Shown: positions 38,869 to 55,895 of the stretch, in pieces
How the letters are laid out: each line of letters opens with the position of its first letter
Position numbering within the stretch: position 1 is the stretch's first letter
NCBI GenBank assembly: GCA_963777605.1
Contig: CAVZRV010000035.1
Span: 224,001 to 288,000, forward strand
Source of the DNA: an uncultured Acidobacteriota bacterium
Lineage (GTDB): Bacteria; Acidobacteriota; UBA6911; RPQK01; JAPXNP01
Direction: 5' to 3'
DNA: 64,000 nt
The notes under the pieces: model-generated
The model's database searches: none
Seen by the model: only the letters and a program-made list of their open reading frames with translations
Told to the model about the DNA's origin: nothing
Made by a program: the position numbers and the translations under genes

Positions 38869-41800
38869 TTATTGGCCAAATTCTGGGGAAAAGTCATTGG
38901 CCAGTCGGACCCGCTCAAGGGCCGGGCGGGCAACGCGCCTTTCAGACCTCACCCGGGAATCGGGCAGACAAGAGCACTGCAATCTGTGGTTGTCCAGCCC
39001 GAACGATACGTGGACGCGAGTAAACCCCTGTGTCAGAATTCTCGACAATCGGCAACGGAGATACGATCCGGAGGGGCCGGCCGGGTTACGACCGGGATTG
39101 GATCTGCTGGAGGACCTGCCCAACTCTTTGGCGAACGAGCGGGCGTAGGGTTCTTTGAGGAGGGCCCGGGTGGAACCCGGGATTTCGATGACCTGGATTC
39201 GGCCGGTGACGATTTCACTCCAGCCGAGGTCGGGGGCGAAGGAGCAGAGCAGAGGCTGGCGCTTCGTTCGGAAAACCACCAAATCTCCAGGGTAGCTGCC
39301 CGGCGGCAAATACCCGGCAAGGGCATCGCGGTGGGCCCGGGCAACTCGTGACTGCCGCATTTCGTGGGTGGTCGGGACTCCCCCGCTGTCGAGACGGGCC
39401 AGGTCATGTTCGTCGATGACCTGGCGTGCCTTGGCCTTGAGTTTCAACTTGGCAGACTGGAGGAGGGTCACCGGCCGCAGGCTGCGAGCCATCCGCGACA
39501 CCAGGACCTCTCGACGGAGGAGCTCGTGAAACCGGAAAACGGACTTGGCGTAGCCCAGCCGCGCCAGCTCGGCGATCCAATAAGGAAGGTTACGGAGAAG
39601 ACGGAGAGGGAAACGGGGACTCCAGTGGATCGAGTGGTAGCTCGATCCCGGAGCCGCGCAGTTGATGACCGCCGTCAACGCGACCTCCTCACCTGCGACC
39701 CGCAGTTGGCGAGCCATCTTGAACGCAGTCACCGAACCCGGACCATATCCACCCAGATAGTAGGGGCCGGTCGGCTGGATTCCCTGGATCGCTTCGATGT
39801 ACTCGGCCGCCATATCCTCGATTCGATCGCTGGGACTTCCAATCCCATCCAGGCCTCGGGCTCTCAGTCCATAGAACGGCTGTTCATCATCCAGGTACTT
39901 CGTCCAGATCCCGAATCCCACCACGTCGCCGCAGAACGGATGAATACAAAAGAAGGGCGGTCTCCATCCGGACGGCCGGATTGAAACCAGGGCTGGCCAG
40001 CGGGCCAGTCCCTTCTGGCGTTCGATAGCCTGGGCCACCCCTTCAACGGTCGGATTCTGGAAGAACAGTGCCAGCGGGAGATTCACCCCCAATTCCGACT
40101 CAACCCTGTACAGGAACCGGACCGCGAGCAGCGAATGGCCTCCGCAGTCAAAAAAGTTCTCTCCGGTCCCCGACGAGCCGGCTCCGAGAAGTTCCTGCCA
40201 GATCCGCAAGACTTTCTTCTCGAGATCGGAATGGGCTTCCGATCCGGATCGTTCGCTTCTGGACTGTCTCACCCGCTCCTCTGCAAGGGCGGCCCGGTCG
40301 ATCTTTCCCCGCGGAGTAAGCGGGATTCGTTTCGAGGAAGGTGAATGCAGACGGAACCAGGGCGCGGGGAAGAAATCGTCCGACGTGCCGGCGAAGCTCG
40401 CGGTGTCCAGGCTCCGGCCCGGTTCAACGACTACATATGCCACCAGGATCGGCTGCCCGTCGCTGCCTGGCTCCCCGAGGACGACACTCGAGCGCACGTC
40501 GCGATGGCGGGCAATGACCGCAGAAATCTCGGCCGGCTCAACCCCCGGATTCCACGGATCTTGAGCTGATCGTCATTCCGCCCGAGGAAAAGCGCCTACC
40601 GTCGGGCAGGTACCGACCCAGGTCTCCCGTCCGGTAGACGGGGTCAGCGTCCCGGTCTCGAAGCGGGTTCGTTATAAAGGCGGCTTCGCGGTCGAGAGGA
40701 CTTCCAATGTAGCCCCCGGCGATGTGGGGGCTCCTGACCAGGATCTCCCCCAGCTCACCCATCCCGGCGAGCGCTCCACACGGGTTCAGAACCAGGAGCT
40801 GAACATCGGGTATGCCGCGCCCAACTCGGCAGGACCTCGCTCTCCTGGTAGAGGCCCTGTCCCGGGGGAATCTCGAAGATGCCAACCGCTCTCTGGGTCT
40901 CAGTAGAGCCATAGGAATTGACGAAAGTGGCAGAGGAGGCGAACTGCCGCATGCGATTCACGAGATCGCCGGTCAGGCGGTCCCCGACGAAATAGACATA
41001 GCGGAGGCCGTCCAGGCTGCGCGACTCGTCAATCCCCTCAATCAGGATCTGGCTCATCGCCGGGGTGAGGTGGGCAAAAGTGATCCCATCGCGGATCAGC
41101 CAGTCAGCCAGCCGCCCGATTCCGTCAAGCAGGTCCGGACCGGGAATACAGATCCGGGCGCCCACCCAGAGCGGAGTGAATATCTCCCGCTGAAGGGGGT
41201 CAAAAGCGAGTCCCGAAAGCATGCTGAAACGATCTTCCGCCCGCAAACCAAACGATTCCGTCATCCAGGGGAGGAAGTGGGAGAGAGAACCGTGAAGCCC
41301 TCGTACCCCTTTGGGCCGGCCTGTGGACCCAGACGTGAAGGTCACATATGCAAGGTCACCGGCCGTCAGCACGACTTCCGGGAGAGTATCCGGCTGGCTA
41401 TCCAGGGCTTCTCCGATACCCAGTGCCGATCCTGTACCGGTCGGGATCGTGTCCACCCAGGGAACAAGGCTACTCACCTCACCCGGAAGTTCGGCGTCGG
41501 AAATCGAGAGCAGTCCTTTCGGTCGAGCCTGGCGCACGTACTCGGCCAGGCGCTCGGGAGGATAGGCCGGATCGAGGATCAGGAACGCCGCTCCCGCTTT
41601 CAGGATCCCGAGGACGGCCCAGACCAGCGCTGCACTTCGCGATGCCCATATGCTGATCACCTCACCCCTGGCCACTCCACGATTAAGCAGGTAGCGCGCC
41701 AGCCGGTTGGAGGCGACTTCCAGTTCCCGGCAAGTCCAGTCCTTCTTCGGGTCGGAGACGATGATCCGGGCCGGCTCCTCGGCGGCCCACCGGCTCAAGG

Positions 41801-43272
41801 GGCTGAAGACCGGGCCCTTCCAGTCGTCCTCCAACTCGGCCTGGGGGTCGGGCAGGAGCGATCGGAAGGTTGGTGTAACCAGTGAATAGTCCCCCACGTC
41901 GTGACCCGGGTCCCGTTCGATATCCTCCAGCAGGTGGCAGTACTGGCCCAGTAACTCCTCCATCCGCTCCCGGGAGAACAGGTCGGCGTTGAAAACAACG
42001 GAAATCTCGATCTCAGGCCCGGCGTCGGCAACGTAGAACGTGAAGTCAAAATTGGCGTTAGCATGCTCCAGGGGCAGTCTCCACCTCCAACTCACCAAGC
42101 CGCGGCTGATAGTCGGGAAGGGCCAGCATGTTGAAGGCAACCTGGAACAGGGGAGTCCGTCTCAGATCCCGTTCCGGGTGGAGTTCCGCCAGGACTTTCT
42201 CGAACGGCAGTTCCTGGTTGGCCAGGGCCCGAAGAGTGGCGGTGCGGACCCGCTCCAACAACTGGAGGAACGTCGGTCGCCCGGTCAGATCGGCTCTCAC
42301 GACCAGGTTATTCACAAAAAAGCCGACGAGGTTCTCGATCTCTTCCCGATTCCGGTTGGCCACCGGCACCCCAACCCCAAAATCTTCCTGGCCGCTTACC
42401 CGGCTGAGAAGAACTTCAGCGCAGCCATCATCGTCATAAACAGGGTCGCGCCCTGGTCCCGGCTCAATTCCTTCAGCCGTCCCGTTAAATCCTCAGCAAT
42501 CCGCATCCGCTATCGCACCCCGGCGACCCTGAACCGCAGGGCGAGGCGTCCACGGGAGCTGGAGAACGAGCAAATTCGGACAATTCTTCCCGCCAAAGAC
42601 AAGGTGGGGTTCCACTCCTCGCCCTGGAGCCAGTCCCGCTGCCAGAAAGCAAAATCACTGTACTGATCGGGGGCGGCGCCAGAACATCACGTCGGTCCAC
42701 CCGACTCCAGCGCAGCGTAAATTTCGGAGACTTCCCGCCAAAAGACACTCAGCGACCAGCCGTCCCAAGAGATGTGATGCATTACCAGAAGAAGCACGTA
42801 TTCCTCGGCCGCGAACTTGAGCAGCCGGCCGCGAAAAGTCGGTTCCGCCTCGAGGTCGAATGGCCGAACGCTCTTCCGCCGCCCAGGTGCGGACCGTTCT
42901 TTCTGCTCTTCGGGAGAGAGGCCTTCGAGATCGACTCGAGGCAATTCGAATGCCCATTCGGAGAGGACCTCCTGGGACGGATTCCCCTCGTGGGAGAAGT
43001 AACGGGTCCGAAGGACCTGGTGTCGCCGGACGACTTCCTCGAGGCTCCTGAGAGAAGCCCCTCGTCCAGCCGGCCTCGAATGGGACCAACTCAACAATGT
43101 GAAAGTGCCCGTGCAGGCCAAATTGCTCCAGGAACCACATCCGTTCCTGGAGAAGGAGAGCGGCAGGGGGCCCGAACCACCGCGGGGGCTGATCGAGCTT
43201 CGCGCAGACAGTCCCTCCTTCGAGGCCAGTGCCTCAAACAACTGCCACTGCTCGCAGCCGGCGGACGCGACT

Positions 43273-43276
<4 letters not shown>
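38869..43276 (-). CDS. NRPS B: C-A-T-TE, multiply frameshifted
   Basis: VMHHISWDGWS (C); FTSGSTGRPKGV, YGSTET, YRTGDLGR and PLTPRGKIDR (A); FFDCGGHSL (T); thioesterase-like fold. Confidence 0.8.
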
Positions 43277-50144
<6,868 letters not shown>

Positions 50145-50278
50145 TCCCCCCCGTCGCCGGAATCAAAGGAGTGAAGCAGCAATCAATCTCCACGGGACCG
50201 CTGTCGACACACACCCGGATGGTGCTGCTTCCGCAAATGGAACGCTCCACCGACAGGAGTGCCGGAGATCGATCCCAA

Positions 50279-51325
50279 TCAATGCCTCTGGGGGCCGTAA
50301 ATCACCGCTCCATGCGCAAGCCCGGGGATAATTCCGAGCAGGCCGTAGCCAATGGTCTTGGCGGCGCTTCCCGGGACGAAGATGACGTCGTCCGGTCGAA
50401 CCGGGTAGTCCGGGGATTTCCCTTTGAGGATCGCGGCGAAGTCGAGCTTGAGTTCCTGGCGGCTGCCGGACTCGCCTTCCCGCACCAGGATCCCGTCACT
50501 CATCTTTGCCGTCCGGGTAGGCCCTCCGGCGGACGAGAGGGCCTGGGTGGCCAGCAGTTGCTCTCCCTGGGGAATCTCGTAGGCGCCGGGATGCCCGACA
50601 TCGCCAACCACGTAGAAGAAATTCCGCTTTCGCTCGGGCACATAGAACACGTCGCCACCCTTGAGCGAAACGTTAAGCGCGATCTGGCTCCCCTCCCGAA
50701 GGGCGTCGATATCAACCGGGATCACCTGGTAGTCGGGGGACTCTTGAACGGAGTCTCCGCCGGCCATTTTCGGCGTCTCCTCTGTCGTCACTTCACCCTT
50801 TGCAGACAATGCTGACGCCCCCCGACGGTAGAGGTAGGCGGTTGAACTGGCCACCTCGTTAGCGCCGCCGGCCATCGTGAGCAGGTCCATCAGGTGCATC
50901 TGCTTGTCCATGATGATGAACTGACCGGGCATCATCACTTCCCCGAGGCAGTAAACAGGCTGCCCTCGATACTCCGTCACAAAGACGTGTACCTTTGGAT
51001 CGCGAATCAACTGCTTCTCCTCGAGCCGGCGTGCAATCCCGGTCTCCAGCTCCGCAGCACTGAGGCCGCCGACGGAAAGTAATCCGAGGTACGGCACGTG
51101 GATCTTGCCCGAGTTGCTGATGCGAGTTTCCTGGTTCAGGTCGTCCAGGCCGAACACCTGGATCGAGAGAAGATCACCCGGTCCCAACCGGTAATCGGGA
51201 GAGGTATCCTGTGCGACCGGTTTCTTCGTGTCCTTGGGCCCGTCCCCTGCCTGAGCCTGCGGCACGCCCCACAAAGCCGACAGGACGGCCAGAATTAAGA
51301 CGAATGATTTCCAGTGTATTTTCAT
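50279..51325 (-). CDS. Polysaccharide export protein (OPX/Wza-like, two SLBB domains)
   Basis: Signal peptide; YRLGPGDLL, SGKIHVPYLG and VVGDVGHPG. The ORF is open to 51346. Confidence 0.88.
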   Translation of the reverse strand: MKIHWKSFVLILAVLSALWGVPQAQAGDGPKDTKKPVAQDTSPDYRLGPGDLLSIQVFGLDDLNQETRISNSGKIHVPYLGLLSVGGLSAAELETGIARRLEEKQLIRDPKVHVFVTEYRGQPVYCLGEVMMPGQFIIMDKQMHLMDLLTMAGGANEVASSTAYLYRRGASALSAKGEVTTEETPKMAGGDSVQESPDYQVIPVDIDALREGSQIALNVSLKGGDVFYVPERKRNFFYVVGDVGHPGAYEIPQGEQLLATQALSSAGGPTRTAKMSDGILVREGESGSRQELKLDFAAILKGKSPDYPVRPDDVIFVPGSAAKTIGYGLLGIIPGLAHGAVIYGPQRH

Positions 51326-51342
51326 GGCGAAGTCGCTCCGCT

Positions 51343-52422
51343 TCATCGAATCGGCCCGTAGATAATTGCGCTCTGAACGATTCCCGGAACAATGTTCAGC
51401 AGCCCGAACCCCACCGTCTTGGCGTTACTGCCAGGAATGAAGATAACGTCGTTGGCCTGGACCAGAATGTCGGGCTGATCGCCCCTCAAAATCGCGCCGA
51501 AGTCCACCGCCATCTCCTTCCGGGAACCCGTCTTGTCGTAACGGACCAGCAGGCCGTCGCCCAGCTTCGCGGTCTTGGTCGGTCCTCCGGCCTGGGAAAT
51601 GGCCTGGGATACCTTGAGCTCGTTTTCCGGAGGCACTTCGAAAGCCCCGGCGCTGTGCACGTCGCCGACCACAAAAAAGGTTTCAATCTTCCGTTCTGGG
51701 ATGAAGAAAGTGTCCCCCCGGCGCATCGCGGGATTGGGAGAAATCACGCCGCCTTCTTTGGCCGGCTGCAGGTCGATCCGGGTAACGGCAGTCTGTGGAG
51801 ATCCAATAGAACCGTCGCCGCTGATCACGGCAGGAGCGACGTTGTCGGAATTGTCGGACTCCGTGATCAGGCGATGGAGATAGCCATAACGGCCCGCTGT
51901 GAAATCGAGCCCGCCCGCAAGCAGGATCGCGTCCATCAGGGTCAGTTGCTGAGACATGATGTACTGGCCCGGACGATCGACCTGCCCCAGGATGTAAATC
52001 GGCTTGGCACGGTACTCGCTAATGTACACGAGCACCTCCGGGTTCTTGATCAGGTTCTCCTCGGCAAGCCGCGTCGAGATCTCGTCTTCCAGTTGGACGG
52101 CCGTCTTTTCAGAAACCTCGAGCGTCCCCAGGTACGGAAGGGAGACACTGCCCGAATTGCTCACCTTCAACGTTTGTGACAGGTCTTTGAGCCCCACGAT
52201 GTGGATCTCCAACACATCTCCAGGACCGATTTTGTAGTCCTCCGACGTGCCCGGGAGGCGAAGGAACTGGAGTTGACGATCATCGGCGACTCGCCCCTTC
52301 ATGCTGTCGTAGTTGTAGGGATAGCCCATGTAGTCACTGCCCTGTGAGCGAACCAGGACATTTGAGACGAGAAAGGTCCCGCACAGGACCAGAAAATGAA
52401 GGACCATTTTGCGGTTATTCAC
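51343..52422 (-). CDS. Polysaccharide export protein (OPX/Wza-like), paralogue of the adjacent gene
   Basis: YKIGPGDVL, SGSVSLPYLG, GQVDRPG and AGGPTKTAK. Confidence 0.88.
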   Translation of the reverse strand: MNNRKMVLHFLVLCGTFLVSNVLVRSQGSDYMGYPYNYDSMKGRVADDRQLQFLRLPGTSEDYKIGPGDVLEIHIVGLKDLSQTLKVSNSGSVSLPYLGTLEVSEKTAVQLEDEISTRLAEENLIKNPEVLVYISEYRAKPIYILGQVDRPGQYIMSQQLTLMDAILLAGGLDFTAGRYGYLHRLITESDNSDNVAPAVISGDGSIGSPQTAVTRIDLQPAKEGGVISPNPAMRRGDTFFIPERKIETFFVVGDVHSAGAFEVPPENELKVSQAISQAGGPTKTAKLGDGLLVRYDKTGSRKEMAVDFGAILRGDQPDILVQANDVIFIPGSNAKTVGFGLLNIVPGIVQSAIIYGPIR

Positions 52423-52496
52423 TGGAGTACTCCCTGCATTCGTTGTTGAAAACCCCGCCGGGGATGTCCATTGCGCACTGCCGACCCGAATGGCAT

Positions 52497-53474
52497 TCAG
52501 CGGCGGTAGTTGAAAATCACCTTGGTGCCGTCTCGTTCGAGGCGGAATGGCATCTCTGGAAGAGCGTGAAGCGCCGACCGGACGTCATCCTGTCGATTGC
52601 GGGGACAGTAGAGAAGAAGAAAACCACCACCACCTGCTCCGGCAATCTTACCACCGAGCGCCCCGGCGCTCCGGGCCGCTTCGTACATGCTGTCGATCTC
52701 GCCGTTGGAAACACGGCTCGCCAGTTGTTTCTTGATCTTCCAACTGGTGTCCAGGAGACGCCCGAACTCGTCCACCTCGCCCGCGAGGAGAGTCTCGCGA
52801 GCGACGCCGGCCAAGCGTTTCAGTTCACGCAGCAGCGGAAGCTGGCCGTTCATCCGGCTCACCTGCTCATAGAGGACCGTCTCGGAGCGACGGGTCGTGT
52901 TGGTGAAGAAGAGCATCAGGTTCTCGTTGAGCCGGCGTCGGATGGCATCATCCAGGATGACTGTTGAGACCCCGACGTCGCCGCTGCGCCCAAACTCTAT
53001 GAATCGCTGTCCCCCAAAAGCCGCTATGTACTGATCCTGCTCTCCGATCGGCTTCTTGAGGATGTCGATCTCGATTTCGCAGGCTTCCCTGGCCAAGGTC
53101 GCCGAGTCTTTGGCAACTCCCTGATGGACGTACATCGCGTTCAGTAGCCCGACCGTGACGGTGCTGGAGGAACCCATTCCCGACCCGGCGGACGGTATGT
53201 CCCCCATTGTAGAAACTTCGATCCGCTTCCTTATCCCGGTCTTGCGAAGGCATTCCCGGACAAGTTCGTGCTCGAGCTCGTCGATGTCGTCCACCATTTC
53301 AGTCTTGGTGTATCCAACGCGGATCTTGTCGTCGAACCGCTCCTTGACAATTACGAAGATGTACCGGTCGATTGCACTCGACAGTACACAGCCTACCTCC
53401 TGGCGAAAGAACCCTCTAAAGTCGGTCCCTCCCCCAAAAAAACTGACCCGTAACGGCGTCTGAGTAATGATCAT
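52497..53474 (-). CDS. hddA: GHMP kinase, D-glycero-alpha-D-manno-heptose-7-phosphate kinase-like
   Basis: [27 protein letters not shown] and [12 protein letters not shown]. Confidence 0.85.
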   Translation of the reverse strand: MIITQTPLRVSFFGGGTDFRGFFRQEVGCVLSSAIDRYIFVIVKERFDDKIRVGYTKTEMVDDIDELEHELVRECLRKTGIRKRIEVSTMGDIPSAGSGMGSSSTVTVGLLNAMYVHQGVAKDSATLAREACEIEIDILKKPIGEQDQYIAAFGGQRFIEFGRSGDVGVSTVILDDAIRRRLNENLMLFFTNTTRRSETVLYEQVSRMNGQLPLLRELKRLAGVARETLLAGEVDEFGRLLDTSWKIKKQLASRVSNGEIDSMYEAARSAGALGGKIAGAGGGGFLLLYCPRNRQDDVRSALHALPEMPFRLERDGTKVIFNYRR

Positions 53475-53642
53475 GATCTTGTCCTCCGGCAGGTCTTTCG
53501 CCGGCTGCCCTGTATCTTGAGGCCGGAACTGGGGATATCCCCCACCTCGATCCGGCTGTGCTGTTGGTCACTCTCTCGTCAAAAACGGTGTGCTACTATC
53601 GTGGCTGATCTCACCAGAGGGGCAACTCTTAGGTAAAGCCCA

Positions 53643-55829
53643 ATGAATAAACAGTTTTTTCATTTGTTCCTGATTGTTCTCTGCTTCTCGGCAACCATAT
53701 CGCGAGGCGCTACCTACTACATGTCGCCGAACGGGCGGGACTCCGATCCCGGAACTCGCTCTCAACCCTGGGGAAGTTTCAACCGCGCATGGCAATCGCT
53801 CTACGCGGGAGACGTTCTCGTGCTCCTGGACGGCGTCTATCGACAATCCCTCAACCCCAAGCGCCGCAACGGGCGCGCCGGCAACCCGATAACGATCCGA
53901 GCCGAAAACGACGGTGCCGTCCTCATCGACGGTGACCTCAATGGAGACGGAACCGGGGATATTCTCCCGGTCAAAATCGGCGACACCTGGGAAGGTGAGC
54001 AGGGTGAAAACCCGGTCGGCGACTACTACGTCGTCGAGGGAATCGTCGCCGCCAACAGCAACGATTGGGTCTGGCAGATCTCTGGGAATCACAACGTTTT
54101 CCGACGGATTTCCGGCTACAACGCCAACACCAATGGAAACAGTCACGTGATCGGCATCATCGGCAATTACAACCTGGTCGAAGACGCCGTCGCCTCCGGA
54201 AGCGGCCGAAAGATGTTCGAGATCTTCCACGGCCACGACAACACTTACCGGCGCTGCTTTGCATTCTGGCGGAGGTGGGACGGGAGAAATTGGCACGACC
54301 ACTGGCCATGGGGAGACGGAGTCGAGGTATACAACGGCTCCTTCAACAGCTTTGAGAACGTGATCTCGGTCGGTCATTTCGATTCGATCGGACTCCTGAG
54401 TCAGAACACCCTGGTCGAAGGGAACCAGATCCTGGGGTCGATTTCGATCAGCGGCGGGACCGATCAACTGGGGAACCTCTTCAACTGGGGATCGATCCGC
54501 CCCCAGCCATCCAGTGCCGCCCCGGCGAGTTTTGTGTCCAATCCGGGGTGGTCTTCAAGAAACGGATTCACGATACGGGCCAGCGGTGAATTCAGGGACA
54601 ACCTGCTCCAGGACGTTTTAGCCACCCGCAATGCCGGGCTGGGAGTGGAAGTCAATATTCGCTCAGCAGACTTCGGCGAAACCGCCACCAACAACCGGAT
54701 TAACCGGGCGACTTTCGCCGACAACGGCCACGCCTATAACGGAGCCGACGCCCGGCCGGCCGACCTGGCCCAACTGGATTCGGTGACGGCAAGCCACATC
54801 GAGGTGATCAAGGATCAGTGGGACCGTTCCAGCCCTTCCTTGACGGGCGAAGGGGCCCGCCTGAGGCACCGATACGTTGAAGGCGTTCTCAAGGACGGCT
54901 CGGACGGCTCGGACGCCCAGTCGCTGTGGCCGTGGCCGATGGAAGACCGCATTCGAGCTGAGATCGGCGTTTCGGTGACCAACCTCATCGCGGGCATTAT
55001 CCCCGAGCAGGTGGCGCCAATCACTCCACCGAATAAGGGTTCCCTTGCCGTTTCTCCCGTCTACCTGCCGTTTGGCGTCGTTGAAGGCACCGCGCCCGCA
55101 ACCCGGGAAGTGGTCCTGAAGAACATTGGAAATGCCTCCATTACGGTTACCGGAGACTCCTTTGCTTCGGGTAGCGGATCTGCATTCTCGGTAGCGACGG
55201 GGACCTGTCCGGGTTTTCCGTTTTCCCTCGGCGCATCCCAGAGCTGTACGGTCCGCGTCTCGTTTGCTCCTGGTGCCGGCACGCCCCAAACCGGCGACCT
55301 GGCATTCAAGAGCGTTGGAGCCCCACCTTTCCCGTTCCCTCCGACAGTCTACCTGTCCGGGATATCGCGGATCGTTCCCGACAGAATCCCGCTCCCCGGC
55401 AGGCTGGAGGTCGAACAGTATTCCGGCTCCGCGGGAAGTTTTCAGGTCACCGTGACCGGAGACAATGGCGGAGGACTGAAGATCGGAGGGATCACTCCCG
55501 GCGCCGAAGCACGTTTTGTGATCGACGCCCAGACCGCCGGCACGTACGATATTACGGCAAGAGTCGCTTCGCTCGACAACACCAGCTCCAAGAAGGTAAC
55601 CGTCATGATCGACGGGAAGTCGACAGCCACCTTGAGTCCGGTCTTTACGGGAGGCTGGGAGCAGTTCACCGACATTACGGTCGAAGGAGTCTCGCTTTCG
55701 AAGGGTCAACATGATTTGACGTTGAAGTTCGAGATCGGCGGCTACGACATTAACTACCTCGACTTCGAGTTGAGCGACGGCGCGGCTCCGGCGAGCCCGC
55801 GCAACCTTCGTGTGACTGAGGAAAACTGA
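53643..55829 (+). CDS. Secreted modular protein: parallel beta-helix (pectin-lyase-like), Ig-like domain and CBM6/35-like domain
   Basis: Signal peptide; YYMSPNGRDSDPGT..PW..AGDVLVLLDGVY; LKNIG..TC..LGASQSCTVRVSFAP; GTYDITARVAS..TGGWEQF..INYLDF; ends PASPRNLRVTEEN. Confidence 0.75.
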   Translation: MNKQFFHLFLIVLCFSATISRGATYYMSPNGRDSDPGTRSQPWGSFNRAWQSLYAGDVLVLLDGVYRQSLNPKRRNGRAGNPITIRAENDGAVLIDGDLNGDGTGDILPVKIGDTWEGEQGENPVGDYYVVEGIVAANSNDWVWQISGNHNVFRRISGYNANTNGNSHVIGIIGNYNLVEDAVASGSGRKMFEIFHGHDNTYRRCFAFWRRWDGRNWHDHWPWGDGVEVYNGSFNSFENVISVGHFDSIGLLSQNTLVEGNQILGSISISGGTDQLGNLFNWGSIRPQPSSAAPASFVSNPGWSSRNGFTIRASGEFRDNLLQDVLATRNAGLGVEVNIRSADFGETATNNRINRATFADNGHAYNGADARPADLAQLDSVTASHIEVIKDQWDRSSPSLTGEGARLRHRYVEGVLKDGSDGSDAQSLWPWPMEDRIRAEIGVSVTNLIAGIIPEQVAPITPPNKGSLAVSPVYLPFGVVEGTAPATREVVLKNIGNASITVTGDSFASGSGSAFSVATGTCPGFPFSLGASQSCTVRVSFAPGAGTPQTGDLAFKSVGAPPFPFPPTVYLSGISRIVPDRIPLPGRLEVEQYSGSAGSFQVTVTGDNGGGLKIGGITPGAEARFVIDAQTAGTYDITARVASLDNTSSKKVTVMIDGKSTATLSPVFTGGWEQFTDITVEGVSLSKGQHDLTLKFEIGGYDINYLDFELSDGAAPASPRNLRVTEEN

Positions 55830-55895
55830 GCCCAGGATGACGTCGCCGAGGGCGCCCGGTTTTGACCCGCACCGGGTTGCGGTGGAGAAAGAACG

